From the NCBI GenBank assembly GCA_963514005.1, contig OY740802.1:14818001-14882000 (forward strand): 64,000 nucleotides of DNA, in the 5' to 3' direction. Positions 38,153-48,662 of the stretch are shown in pieces. The notes beneath the pieces are model-generated. The model searched no databases, was not told where the DNA came from, and saw nothing but the letters and a program-made list of their open reading frames with translations. The stretch comes from Raja brachyura (taxonomy: Eukaryota). The position numbers and the translations under genes were made by a program. Every line of letters starts with the position of its first letter. The stretch's first letter is position 1.

Positions 38153-40677
38153 CAGCTTAGGATGGTGAGTGTTTATATCACTTTATTGTTTTGTGATAGG
38201 AAGCACTCGGTCTAATTTTGGACAAATCTATGAACTATATGTAATTCTACAAAATACTTTTTTTTATAATGGTGTTCCTGGGGAGTAATGTGTGTAATGG
38301 GGTAAATGGTGTTATCACTGAAAATGAAGAAAATCATTTGTGATTACATTTCTAGGTCATGGTTTCTTAACAGAAATGTGCAATCTAATTATCTCCATTC
38401 AATACAAAAAATAAGGGGGTAGGGGGTTGGCAGCAGTGTGTGGTTTAAACCACATGTGGAGTTTTGTTTTCTTTTATATTTGTAAGGTGAATTTTTAGGC
38501 TGCAAAATTGTTCTTTAAATTTTAGGTTGTTAAACTCTCTTGTCTCTTTGTTCCAGGACCTGCTTTAGAGTATGTTGTCTTTCCTTTTAAGTAGCTTTTT
38601 TGTTGGACCTATGGTTTTTCTGTTGTGGGTTTCTAACCTTCAGCTAATCTTCATTATAATGATTAAATCAGCCTTACCGAGAGATCGTAGTGCATTGCAG
38701 ATTTTAATTATTTTTAAAGGTATTTTTTAAGCTTCTTTGCTTACATCATCAAATTTGGCAAAGATACTCAGGAAAGGTGGTGGTGGGGTGGAAAAATCGT
38801 TTATTACAGAACAGTTCTGCACATCAGTTGCAAACATTCTAACTACTTATGGAAGTATCTTAATTACAGCTGCTATTAATGGCACATCCCTTTTTAAAAT
38901 TCGTCAACATAACACTAAACTATTGATGCCTATGAAATATGAGAAGTACATGAAAGCACAGATAATGGCTCTCGGGTGCTTTGAGCTTGTTCCAGATTTA
39001 CCTGTTATCCAAGTCAGTAAAGTGCGTATTTTTCTTTGTTATTTCTGTAGATTTTTAGATGTTTGTACACCTTTTACAATGTCTTGGAGGAAAGGCACTG
39101 AATAAACACATTGTACAGCTAAGCCTGCAAGCAATGCAAAATGCCTTTGCCTCATGTTTTTATCCCTTGACAGTAAGTGAGTCATTTTGTTTTGGAATTA
39201 AAATCGTGGTGAAAATTAGATACCTGTATGATGAGGGGCTAATGCGTAAGTTGTTGTGCATTGGGTGAAATTGTTCCTAGTTTTAAAACTTAAAAAATAA
39301 TTGCTTTCTTGTGGTGGTGTCAGTTGAATGTAATGTGATCACCTCTAATATGTATACCTCTTTAAAATGGCCTCAGTGGCACAGAATGCCAAACAATACA
39401 ACAGCGTTTAACAAGACAATGATACCTTGTGCTTTTGGGTCATTACTTATGTTTTAAATGTAGAGGTAAAAAATATCTTGTTGATGTTACTCCAGGTGCA
39501 GTGAATTGATTGCAATAAACATTGATCTAGAATTAGCTTGAACCTTTTTACCAATGATGGATAATATTGACCAACACATCCCTCAGCCATTTTACTTCAG
39601 AGTCAAGATGTTGAAGGTAGAGCTGTTGATTATTGCAGCTGTTGGTAATGGTGTGACTGCAGGATCTTGATAATGACTTTCCTTCATATAGTATCTTTAA
39701 TTGTAGCTGTAGCAGAGGTAGTTCAGTTTATCAGCAAACTGTTTGCCAGCTGCATCATAGCATATGAGGCGATATCAGCAGATAATGATGCCTATTTGAA
39801 AAAGGGGGCATGCTTTGTAAGAAAGAGTCGCAAGCTTTAGGAAAGAACTCCAGACTTGGCAACCATAACTGCCAACGGTGGAACATTTATATTGGGGGTT
39901 AAGCAAGGGACCAGATACTGAGAAGCTCTGATCTGAGTGTTTAGAGAGCTGGAGGCAATTACAGGGCAAGTCCATGGTAAAAATTGAAAAAAACTAAGAT
40001 GGACATTTTTTGGTCAATGCTTACTTGTCCTGAAGCAATGCGGATAAAAAAATACTAATACTGACCGGTGAATGTCACGATGCAAGTTGCAACATGGCCA
40101 GCAGTGTTGGTTTGGGGTTGTCAGGACCTCCCTTAAGCAAGGGCTGTATTAAAATGGCAATTTAAATGTAATGAAAGGTAAGCATGAGGGTTTCTGTGGA
40201 CATTGAGCAGGCCAAGACCAGTATCAGAGGAGAGAATAGCTGGCCTTGATGATAGTATGAGAATAGATTTCTGAAACCTGATTCTAGGTGGGATGCGACT
40301 TGAGATTTGTGAGCATTACCTTCTCGGTTTCACACTGTTTTGATAGAGAGAGATGGTCGGCAAGGAACTGACTTTGTGAAAAGGATTGGAATGTTGAATC
40401 TTACCAATATTTGGAAGAAATGTGTGCTCTCCCCTGATGGACTTGGGGCAAGCTCTCTGGAGAATTTGGTGATTATGGCAGTGTTGAGAGGAGATGACTA
40501 AGGTAGAACTGGGTGTTCCCCTTCTTCCTGGTTTTGATCTTTTCAGTTTAATCTTTTCAATCTACCAGTGAACATGAGTGGTAAGAAATCAAGCTTAGGT
40601 AAAGCCATTGCAGGTGGCTTAATGGCATTGGCAAGAGAACTGAATACAATCCAAACTAGCTAGATAACGCCGTTAAA

Positions 40678-41000
40678 CTCACCGTTTGACCTGTTTTTAC
40701 AATATGTTAAATGGTCAGCTAGACATAGATCACAAGACCTACACCAACCCCAAACCAATTAGGAGCAGACGAGGGCATTCGATCCAATTTGTGGTCCCAG
40801 ATGTGTACAGCAATTCGTTCTTTCCACACACTATTAAAGCATGGAATAATCTCCACCAAGCCACGGTTGCCCAGCCAGATGCAACTAAAATTAAAGTGGC
40901 ACTTTCTTCCCAATAACCCTCTCTGGTTAAACCCCTCCCTTCAGCACCTCCAGTTTAAATTCCAGTTGGAATATTTTGGAGGACCAAGGAACCAAGAACA
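40678..41000 (+). mobile_element. 3' end of a distinct CR1-group LINE (not the HER1-like family)
   Basis: Open frame RLTCFYNMLNGQLDID..RSRRGHS..YSNSFFPHTIKAWNNL..FKVAL-like end (stop at 40916), a short 3'UTR and a CCAAG(G)AA tandem tail. Confidence 0.7.
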
Positions 41001-41740
41001 CCAAAGGCTGCAGAAAGCCATGGAAAAACAAATTGCCTTGGGCTGACTCAAAACCCTGATTGGATCAAACATGAAGCTCCAGTAAGTTGAACGAGAAGAT
41101 GCAGTGGTGTGGACCCTGCTCTGTTTATTCCTTCCATTATAATCATATATTATACTAGTTATATATTTTGATAATTTCAAAATTATTTTTACTTTGACCT
41201 GTCATTGAAAACGTCGATGTGTCCCTTTCATCGAAAACTTGCAATTTTTATGGGAACACGAAAAGAACGCTAACAAATAAGCTGTATTGTAGGATTTATA
41301 AACTTTAAATGATTTTGGAATTCCGGTATATATAATTTCTTAAATTGGTGCCTAAGGTCAAGGGAATTTGCCACGACAAATGTAAAATTTAGACCGACTC
41401 TTATTCTAATATTCAATTCAATAACTCAATTTTCTTTCCAAATAATTTTAAGATTATGGTGCAATTGCACCATCTAGTGCTCAGCCACTTGTATTACAGT
41501 AAAATTTACCAAACTCCTCATTCAACCGGAATGCATGAATCATTTAAATACTTATGTTGAAAAAATGGCCTTCAACTGGTTGCGTCTCAGTGAGGCTTGT
41601 TACTGGGGAAAATTGGGAAGCACTGTTGCTGGGCTATCCTGATACTTCCATGCAGCAGATTATTTATTTTAATGGAAACTTAACATTTGTAATTTGCTCA
41701 ATTGAAAATGTTCCTTTTACACTCCTTGAATTTGCAATCA

Positions 41741-41889
41741 NNNNNNNNNNNNNNNNNNNNNNNNNNNNNNNNNNNNNNNNNNNNNNNNNNNNNNNNNNNN
41801 NNNNNNNNNNNNNNNNNNNNNNNNNNNNNNNNNNNNNNNNNNNNNNNNNNNNNNNNNNNNNNNNNNNNNNNNNNNNNNNNNNNNNNNNN
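41741..41889. other. Assembly gap (149 N)
   Basis: Run of N in znf217 coding intron 1. Confidence 1.
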
Positions 41890-42703
41890 GATGTGTATTG
41901 TGATGTGAACATTAATTGTCATGAATAACACTGCAGGCCTTTTAGATAATGGCTTAAACAATTAAACTTTTAGTTTTGACATTAATCGGATGTTAAGTTG
42001 GGGGAAATCATCAGTTCTGCGCACAGATCTACCTTGTGGCCACATAGTGTAACTACATCATGGATAGCACAAAATGAATGCTCTATCATTTATGGGGATG
42101 ATTGTTTGTATCTCTGGCAACACTGGTGTATTATCGCTCAGTACCAGAGGCTATAAGTGGACTTTTCCCTGTAATTCAAAATGTGAAATGCAAAATCACA
42201 TGTATACAATTCTTAATTTAATGGCAACTGCCTTTGTTTGCTGTCTTAATGCAGCTGCAACTCGCCCACCACCTAAACCATTATAATAGTTAAAGCCTGA
42301 CTTTTTAAGCAACGTTACCACTGTGTTTTGCCCATAGGGATTGATGGATAACATTTAGCTGCAAAATTCCTGCCTTTACAAAGAACATCTTGCAAAGAAC
42401 ATTAACCCTGTGGATGCTCAGAGTTTCAAATCTGGGATTAGCCTGTTCGGTTCACTGCTGCATTGCCCTTTTTTCCCCCTGCAGTTTCATTGTAACTCTT
42501 TGAATTAAATCACAATATAAGTGATATTGCCAAGCAGGGATATTTTCAATTGGCATTAGTTAAGCACAGAAGTCGCTCAATGCATGATTGCTTTTACTGC
42601 CATGTTGGCCAGATGTAAAGGATCTAATTAATCAATTGGATTTTTTTCCCCTTGTGCTCTTACCAAGTTAAATTAACGTGAATTATGGACCACAGTTGGA
42701 CAG

Positions 42704-43397
42704 TCTATACATAACTAAAATTCTGATCTTGTTATCTTCCGGTTTGGCGGTCATTCTATTTGCGCAAAAACGGTACGCGATAGCACTACCATTTTTCTCC
42801 ATCTTACTCACCGTTCTCCTATGCTGTGATTGCACCAAGTCTCGTTCGGATCGGTGGAAGCTGGTAAGAGTTATCGAGGTTTAAAAATCTTTAAAAACTG
42901 CGCGTGCGCAGATCGATTTGCTCTCCTGCCATTCAGCAGCAGGCGGATTGGTCCCTTCTGTCACTCCGCGGGGCGGTCCGTCCCTTCCTGCGCCATCCTG
43001 TCTTTACTGCTGTTGCGGGAGGCAGTGATGGCCGGCGAAGGTCTCCAACCGGACACCATTTTCGGAGGATCGGAAACGGCCTGACCCGACCTCAGCCCAG
43101 CCCATCCAGCGCGGAGTCGGAGATGGCGCTGATGTCGCCCTCCCCCCCCCCCCCCCCCGTATACCCCTCCCCACCCACAAACCCCTCCTCCACAACACCC
43201 CCTGCCCACAACCTCCCTCCCCCCACACCCCCCCCTCCCACACATAACACCCACCCCTCCCCAAAACCACCCCGTCCCACATCCTCCCCTCCCCCCCCTC
43301 GCAAACCCCTCCCACCCACATACGCACTTCCCCCACGACACACCCCCCGTGGTGACTGGGGTCACCAGTGGTAAATGCATTTTACCACTTAGTCTAG
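42704..43397 (+). mobile_element. Non-autonomous Helitron-like element
   Basis: Begins TCTATACATAACTAAAA and ends CACTTAGTCTAG|T with subterminal hairpins. No TIR or TSD; CpG-rich body. The 5' flanking base is G rather than the canonical A. Confidence 0.65.
43138..43348. repeat. C-rich low-complexity tract inside the Helitron-like element
   Basis: About 210 bp of C runs separated by A/T. The minus strand has many G3+ runs (G-quadruplex potential). Confidence 0.9.
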
Positions 43398-43764
43398 TGG
43401 TAAATACATTTCTCGAGATGGAAATACGCATGTGTGCTGCACACCTGATTAGGGAACTTTTGTAATTGGATGAATATTTCAGTTGGTGATTCAGGCGTTG
43501 ATTTATGATTGCACAATGTTGTGCACTGCATACATTGTATGGGTCTGCTTGCGGGGACCAAGGTTGCTGGTCATTGCGTTCGTTGTTGGGTAAGGTACAA
43601 GAAATAAAGGAGAACCAGGCTTGATCTGGCCGCAAATTTGCGATGGGAGATGGTTCAGTCAAAGGCCTCTGGAGTTTTATAGATTAGCATCCATTCACTT
43701 TAATACCATTGCAAACATATTGTAGAGAGCGGCAATCACTTATTCTAAGATTAGGGATAGCGCA

Positions 43765-44075
43765 CTTTTACAACAGGTAATGTTGTTGCCTCAATTCTCC
43801 AGTGACCAAGTTTGATGCTGACATCTAGTGCTGGCTATGTGGAGTCTTTACCTTCACCATGTGACAGTGTGGGTTTCCTCAAAGTGGTTGGTTTACTCCC
43901 ACATCATAAAGTTTGTATGTTAGTTGAATATTGTAAAGTATCCCCAGTGTGGCTGGGCTGGGTAGGAGAATTGGGAAGTGGATGGGAGTATATGCATGTG
44001 AAAGACTACAAGATCCAAGGAAACCAGCAGAGAATTCCAGTTGTGTAGATTCAGTGGGCTGAGTGGTCTTAATTT
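43765..44075 (+). mobile_element. Old plus-strand HE1/V-SINE-like copy
   Basis: GGTAATGTTGTTGCCTCA..CTATGTGGAGT..GTGACAGTGTGGGTTTCCTC..GGTTTACTCCCACATC..CAGTGGGCTGAGTGGTCT. Confidence 0.6.
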
Positions 44076-44273
44076 TGTAAAGTTATATAGAATTTAAAAC
44101 ATTTTACAGTCCATCTTCAATATTTTCATGATCCATTTATCTTGTCATTCTTAAATGTACTTTATAAACTTTCTTTGTTGTAGATAGAATGTGTATTGAC
44201 TCACTCTTTTGGATTAAGATAAAGTTGCCAGATATATGGATGCGATGATTTGGGAGGAGAGATGGACGATTAA

Positions 44274-44441
<168 letters not shown>

Positions 44442-44605
44442 TGAAATAGTTGCATTGGTTGCAAAGCTACAAAGGAACGTTGGGTTGAGCATGGTGGGTC
44501 GAAACCTACACACATATATAATTTCCTCAAGTATATTAAAGGGGAGACCTTTACAGTCGGATCCCCTTTGTCACTCTACCACTAACAGTTGCCCAGTTTT
44601 TGCCG

Positions 44606-44700
44606 AAGATAGTCCCAAAAAGCTGGAGCAACTCAGCGGCTCAGACAGCATCTCTGGAGAAAAGGAATAGGTGACATTTTGGGTCGAGACACTTTCCTTC
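44606..44700 (-). mobile_element. Single arm of the palindromic family (hammerhead degenerate)
   Basis: GCTGGAGCAACTCAGCGGCTCAGACAGCATCTCTGGAGAAAAGGAATAGGTGACATTTTGGGTCGAGAC. Confidence 0.75.
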
Positions 44701-45086
44701 CTGTTTTTTATTTGTTCACTGCAGCATAAAGAGGAATATCGAAACATGTTGAATATCTGTAACCACAAGCACTGTGTTTACTGCTATGTTGAGGTAAAGG
44801 CCTAATGAGCAAAATCGGTTTTAGTTTACATCATTATTTTAAAGCAGCGCGGTCATTCTTAATGTAGATGGTGATCCATTTTATTCTCATACTATCGGTT
44901 AACCCACCTCTCTGTAATCCTGTTTCACATGTCCTGCTTTCCTATTAACAATTGAATAATAGTCTTTTCTCAAAGCTGCTTAATTTTGAACTAATGCTCT
45001 CTAGTCTTGTGCAGGACCTCCATCCTGCCTTTCATTTGTATTTATTTTTAAGTAATTGTTCATATATTATATTTTATTATAATAAA

Positions 45087-45378
45087 AGAGTGCAGAACAG
45101 GCCCACTGATTCTGCACCGACCAGCAATCCTTGCACATTAACACTATCCTGCACACAATAGGGATAATTTACATTTATACCAAGCCAATTAACCTACAAA
45201 CCTGTATGTCTTTGGAGTATGATGTGAGAGGAAACCAAAGTTCTTGGAGAAAACCCATGTAGGTCACGGGGAGAACGTACAAACTTCATGCAGCCAAGCA
45301 TCCGTCCAAGGCCGGTCAGGATCGAACTCGGGTCTCTGGCGCTGTAAGGCAGCAACTCTACCGCTGCACCATCATGCT
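45087..45378 (-). mobile_element. HE1/V-SINE-like SINE
   Basis: Minus strand TGGTGCAGCGGTAGAGTTGCTGCCTTACAGCGCCAGAGACCCGAGTTCGATCCTGACC..GTTTGTACGTTCTCCCCGTGACC. Confidence 0.85.
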
Positions 45379-45983
45379 CCCCATAACTCAAGTATTTCCT
45401 GTTGACCATTGAAGGCCTCGGGTATGGTCACTCATGAACCTCTTTCCAAAAAATCCATATTCTTATTCGGTTGTTTAACCCAGAATTACGTGCCATGCTC
45501 CTTAATTGGGTGTTCGATTTAAATAGAACTTACTTTGAGTTGCCTTGTGCATCCAGTAGACTTTGCCTTATTACTGCCCCTATGCTTTCAGTCTATTATC
45601 CATCAAGCAATCTTCTGTTCTAACCTTTGCACTTGACCTGTACAATCACCGAAAAAAGCCCTTTGTGTTATGCATTTTTATTGCAACGTACCAGTAATTG
45701 ATTACTCTCCCATTCGTTAAATTAAAATCCATCAGACTACTCCAAACCTTTCCACTTAAATGGGCCATATCTCTATGACAATAAGCAAGGGTTTATTAAC
45801 TTTTGGTAGTAGCTAATTAGTAGTGTGTTATACTCCAAGCTTATTTAGTTAACAACCCACCTCTTCCATCTATTGCCAACTTTCCCTGTTGGCTTTTGTC
45901 ACTCTATTCAATTTCATACATTAATTCAAATGTTTCCTTAGATAGAATTTTCCCCATCATTGATCCCCTGAGAGATTTCATGA

Positions 45984-46257
45984 TCATAGTCATACAGCGT
46001 GAAAACAGGCCCTTCTGCCCAATTTGCCCACACTGACCAACGTGCCCCATCTACACTAGTCCTACTTACCTGCCTGTGTTTGGCCCATATCCCTTTTTAA
46101 ATGTGATAGTACCTGCCTCAACTCCCAACCCCCCCCCCCCCCCCCCCACCCCCCCCCCAGCAGCTCATTCCATATATCTGCCACGCTCTGTTGAAACAAA
46201 AAGCACTTCGGGTTCTTATTGAATCTTTCCCTCTCGCCATAAACCTATGTCCTCTGT
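45984..46257 (-). mobile_element. 3' end of a second CR1 subfamily, containing a poly-C expansion
   Basis: The minus strand ends TTGGGCAGAAGGGCCTGTTTTCACGCTGTATGACTATGA. The upstream part matches the CR1 ORF2 end (AGAGGACATAGGTTTA..CAACAGAGCGTGG..TGGAATGAGCTGC). Confidence 0.7.
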
Positions 46258-46291
46258 GAAACTTCATGAATGATGTAGACAAGTGATATAC

Positions 46292-46562
46292 GTTAGTTTA
46301 GAGATACAGCGCAGAAACCGGCCCTTTGGCCCACTGAGTCTGCTCCGACCAGCGATTTCACCCACACTAGCATTATCCTGCACACTAGGAACAATTTACA
46401 ATTTTACCGAAGCCAATTAACGTACAAACTTGTACATCTTTGGAATATAGGAGGAAACCGGAGCACCCGGAGAAAACCCATGCAGTCATGGGGAGAACGT
46501 ACAAATAACACATTCTTGGCGCTGTAAGGCAGCAACTCTACCACTATGCCACCGTGCCACCC
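46292..46562 (-). mobile_element. HE1/V-SINE-like SINE (internal deletion removes the B box)
   Basis: Minus strand GGGTGGCACGGTGGCATAGTGGTAGAGTTGCTGCCTTACAGCGCCA, with tail GTGGGCCAAAGGGCCGGTTTCTGCGCTGTATCTCTAAACTAAC. Confidence 0.85.
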
Positions 46563-46931
46563 CAAATCCTTTCAAAATAATGGATATGTAGAGTTGGGGT
46601 TACAAATCACATTGAGTGATGGAACATGCTTGCAAAGCTAAATATCCTGTACCTTTTTGTTTATTGTCATGTGTACAGAGGTACAGTGCAAAGCTTTAGT
46701 TGCGTGCTAGCCAGTCAGCGGAAAGACAATAAATTATTACAGTCAAGCCATCTAGAGTGTACAAATATATGATAAAGAGAATAATGTTTAGTGCAAGGTA
46801 AAGTCAGATCAAAGATAGTCCGAGGGTCTCAAATGAAGTAGATAGTAGCTCAGGACTGCTCTCTAGTTGTTGGTAGGATGGTTTAAAATTAGTAAAAATA
46901 TTTAAAATGAGTAAATTATTTTTTGTTTCAG

Positions 46932-48662
46932 GTGAAAAACCCCATCGATGTCCCCTCTGTGACTATGCTGCAGCTCAGAAAACCTCACTTAAGTATCACT
47001 TGGAACGGCATCATAAGGGTGAGCAGAAAAGGACTGAAGAAAAGAATGATCCACTGAAGAATTCATTGACATCTCCAAAATTGGAAGTAGCACCAAAAGA
47101 AAGTGATGAATCTGTTCAGGAATCTCTTCAAGACTCCAAGAGGTTTTTTACAGATTCTTTGGGCGGAGCCAAAGATTTAGATGCGAACTTTCCTCGGGGG
47201 AAACAGAAAAGGATTCTTTCGTCTACTAGTCCAATTTTTCAAAATGCCGAGTTTTCAAATATGAGTAGAGAATTCCCGGACCTGAAGATCCATCACGGTC
47301 GACGAATCTTCTGCAGTGCACTGTTGCCAATGTCGCCAATGTCTCACGCTGAGAAATCAATGGATGAAAAGTTGATAGTTGAGTTCCAGAGATGTAACTC
47401 TGATGCAAAGGCTATTATCGAACTTGACGATTCCAATGTTGTGGAGGAAAGCTCAATGGAGGAACTTGCAGAAAACTATACGCAACAGAATAATGCTAGA
47501 AGTATGAAGGTGGAACCCATTCCTATAAATGACCAATGCTATATTAGTACTAGACGTAACAGGGAGGACTACTGTGATAAGTATGAATTCAGTTTATTGG
47601 AAAAGCCTTTGAATCTTTGTACCACAATATATCGGCAAAGCCTGTGCAGCGCTGGTAGTCCTCAGGGAAATGTATCTACCTCATTTTCCAAGAGTGCCTT
47701 ACTGAGCAATGTGTGCCCATTTTGTACCTACAGAACTTTGTACCCAGAGGTCTTAGTGATGCACCAAAGGTTGGTACACAAATATATTCCTGAACCGAGT
47801 TCGATAAATGGATTTCGAAATGCTTTTCATAGTGGGTCACTTAAAAGCAGACGCACTGGATGCCCTCCTGCACTATTAGGTCAAGATGTTTCTTCTTTGC
47901 TTGCCACCAAAGAAATGAGCAAAAGGTTTTCTCGTCGGACCAATTCGCCATTACCAGCAGCTCCAACTGATGCTTCTGACTTGCTACCTGGAAAGGCAAA
48001 ATTATCATCTTCCTCACACCAGTCCCTGTGCAATAATCTCCTTCCCTCTGCAGCAGAAGCTAGATCTTCCAGTGACTTTAATGCCTTCAAGATGACCCAG
48101 AGTCCTAACATGCAACTTGAAAGCTATGGATCTATACATTCTGAAACAAGGCAGATGCCAGAGGTGGTGCAAAAAGCAGAAAGGAATGGTTCTTCAGAAG
48201 CTGGTACCAGTAAGAGAAATGTGTCTGAAAAGTCTGGTACTAAATTGGACTATGAATCTGATGGACCCAGGGAACATTTGTTTAGATATGATGGTCATTG
48301 GGCTCCCAATGTTAGCAAAATGTGTCTTACTAATATATCTGAGAATCAGGGAGGTTTGGACTCGCATGAGCCTACAGCTAAAAGAATGAAAATAAATAGT
48401 CCTTTAAGAAACGATCAGCTTTCATTTGGAATAAGGAGGAGTGTTCAAGGAAGAAATATAAAATTATCTCAGGAGATGTCCCCTCTTCAGGCAAGAAGCA
48501 CAGGGATATCGACTAAGCCAGGATCAGCCTTGGATTCAAATGGAATTGATTCTCGTTGGAATGTATTGAAAATTTTGAATTCCTACAACCCACAAGATCT
48601 CGCTTCACTGTACAGTACTTGTGGACCCAGTAACAGTAGAGATACTAATATTGCTCAAGAAG
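46932..48662 (+). CDS. znf217: znf217 coding exon 3 (1731 bp; fingers 9-10, CtBP-binding PLNL and RRT motifs)
   Basis: Acceptor ttttgtttcAG|GTGAAAAACCC gives GEKPHRCPLCDYAAAQKTSLKYHLERHHK. Also contains KPLNLC (PLNLC at 47606-47620), CPFCTYRTLYPEVLVMHQRLVH and RRTGCPPAL (47849-47875). Donor GAAG|GTACGA at 48662/48663, phase 1. Confidence 0.93.

Noticed and set aside
41150-41480. Possible DNA-transposon fragment, and possible L2 remnants at about 6230-6780 and 39700-40500
   Set aside because: The composition is suggestive, but I could not identify termini or protein motifs, so these are not called.
41554-41961. ORFs spanning the N run
   Set aside because: Artefacts of translating an assembly gap.
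36520-43140. CpG-rich patches (7320-7445, 36520-37205, 42740-43140) as CpG-island promoters
   Set aside because: Each coincides exactly with a young transposon. No promoter for znf217 could be supported in this window.
42904-43662. Pro-rich and Gly-rich ORFs of 83-233 aa
   Set aside because: By-products of a C-rich low-complexity tract inside a Helitron-like repeat.
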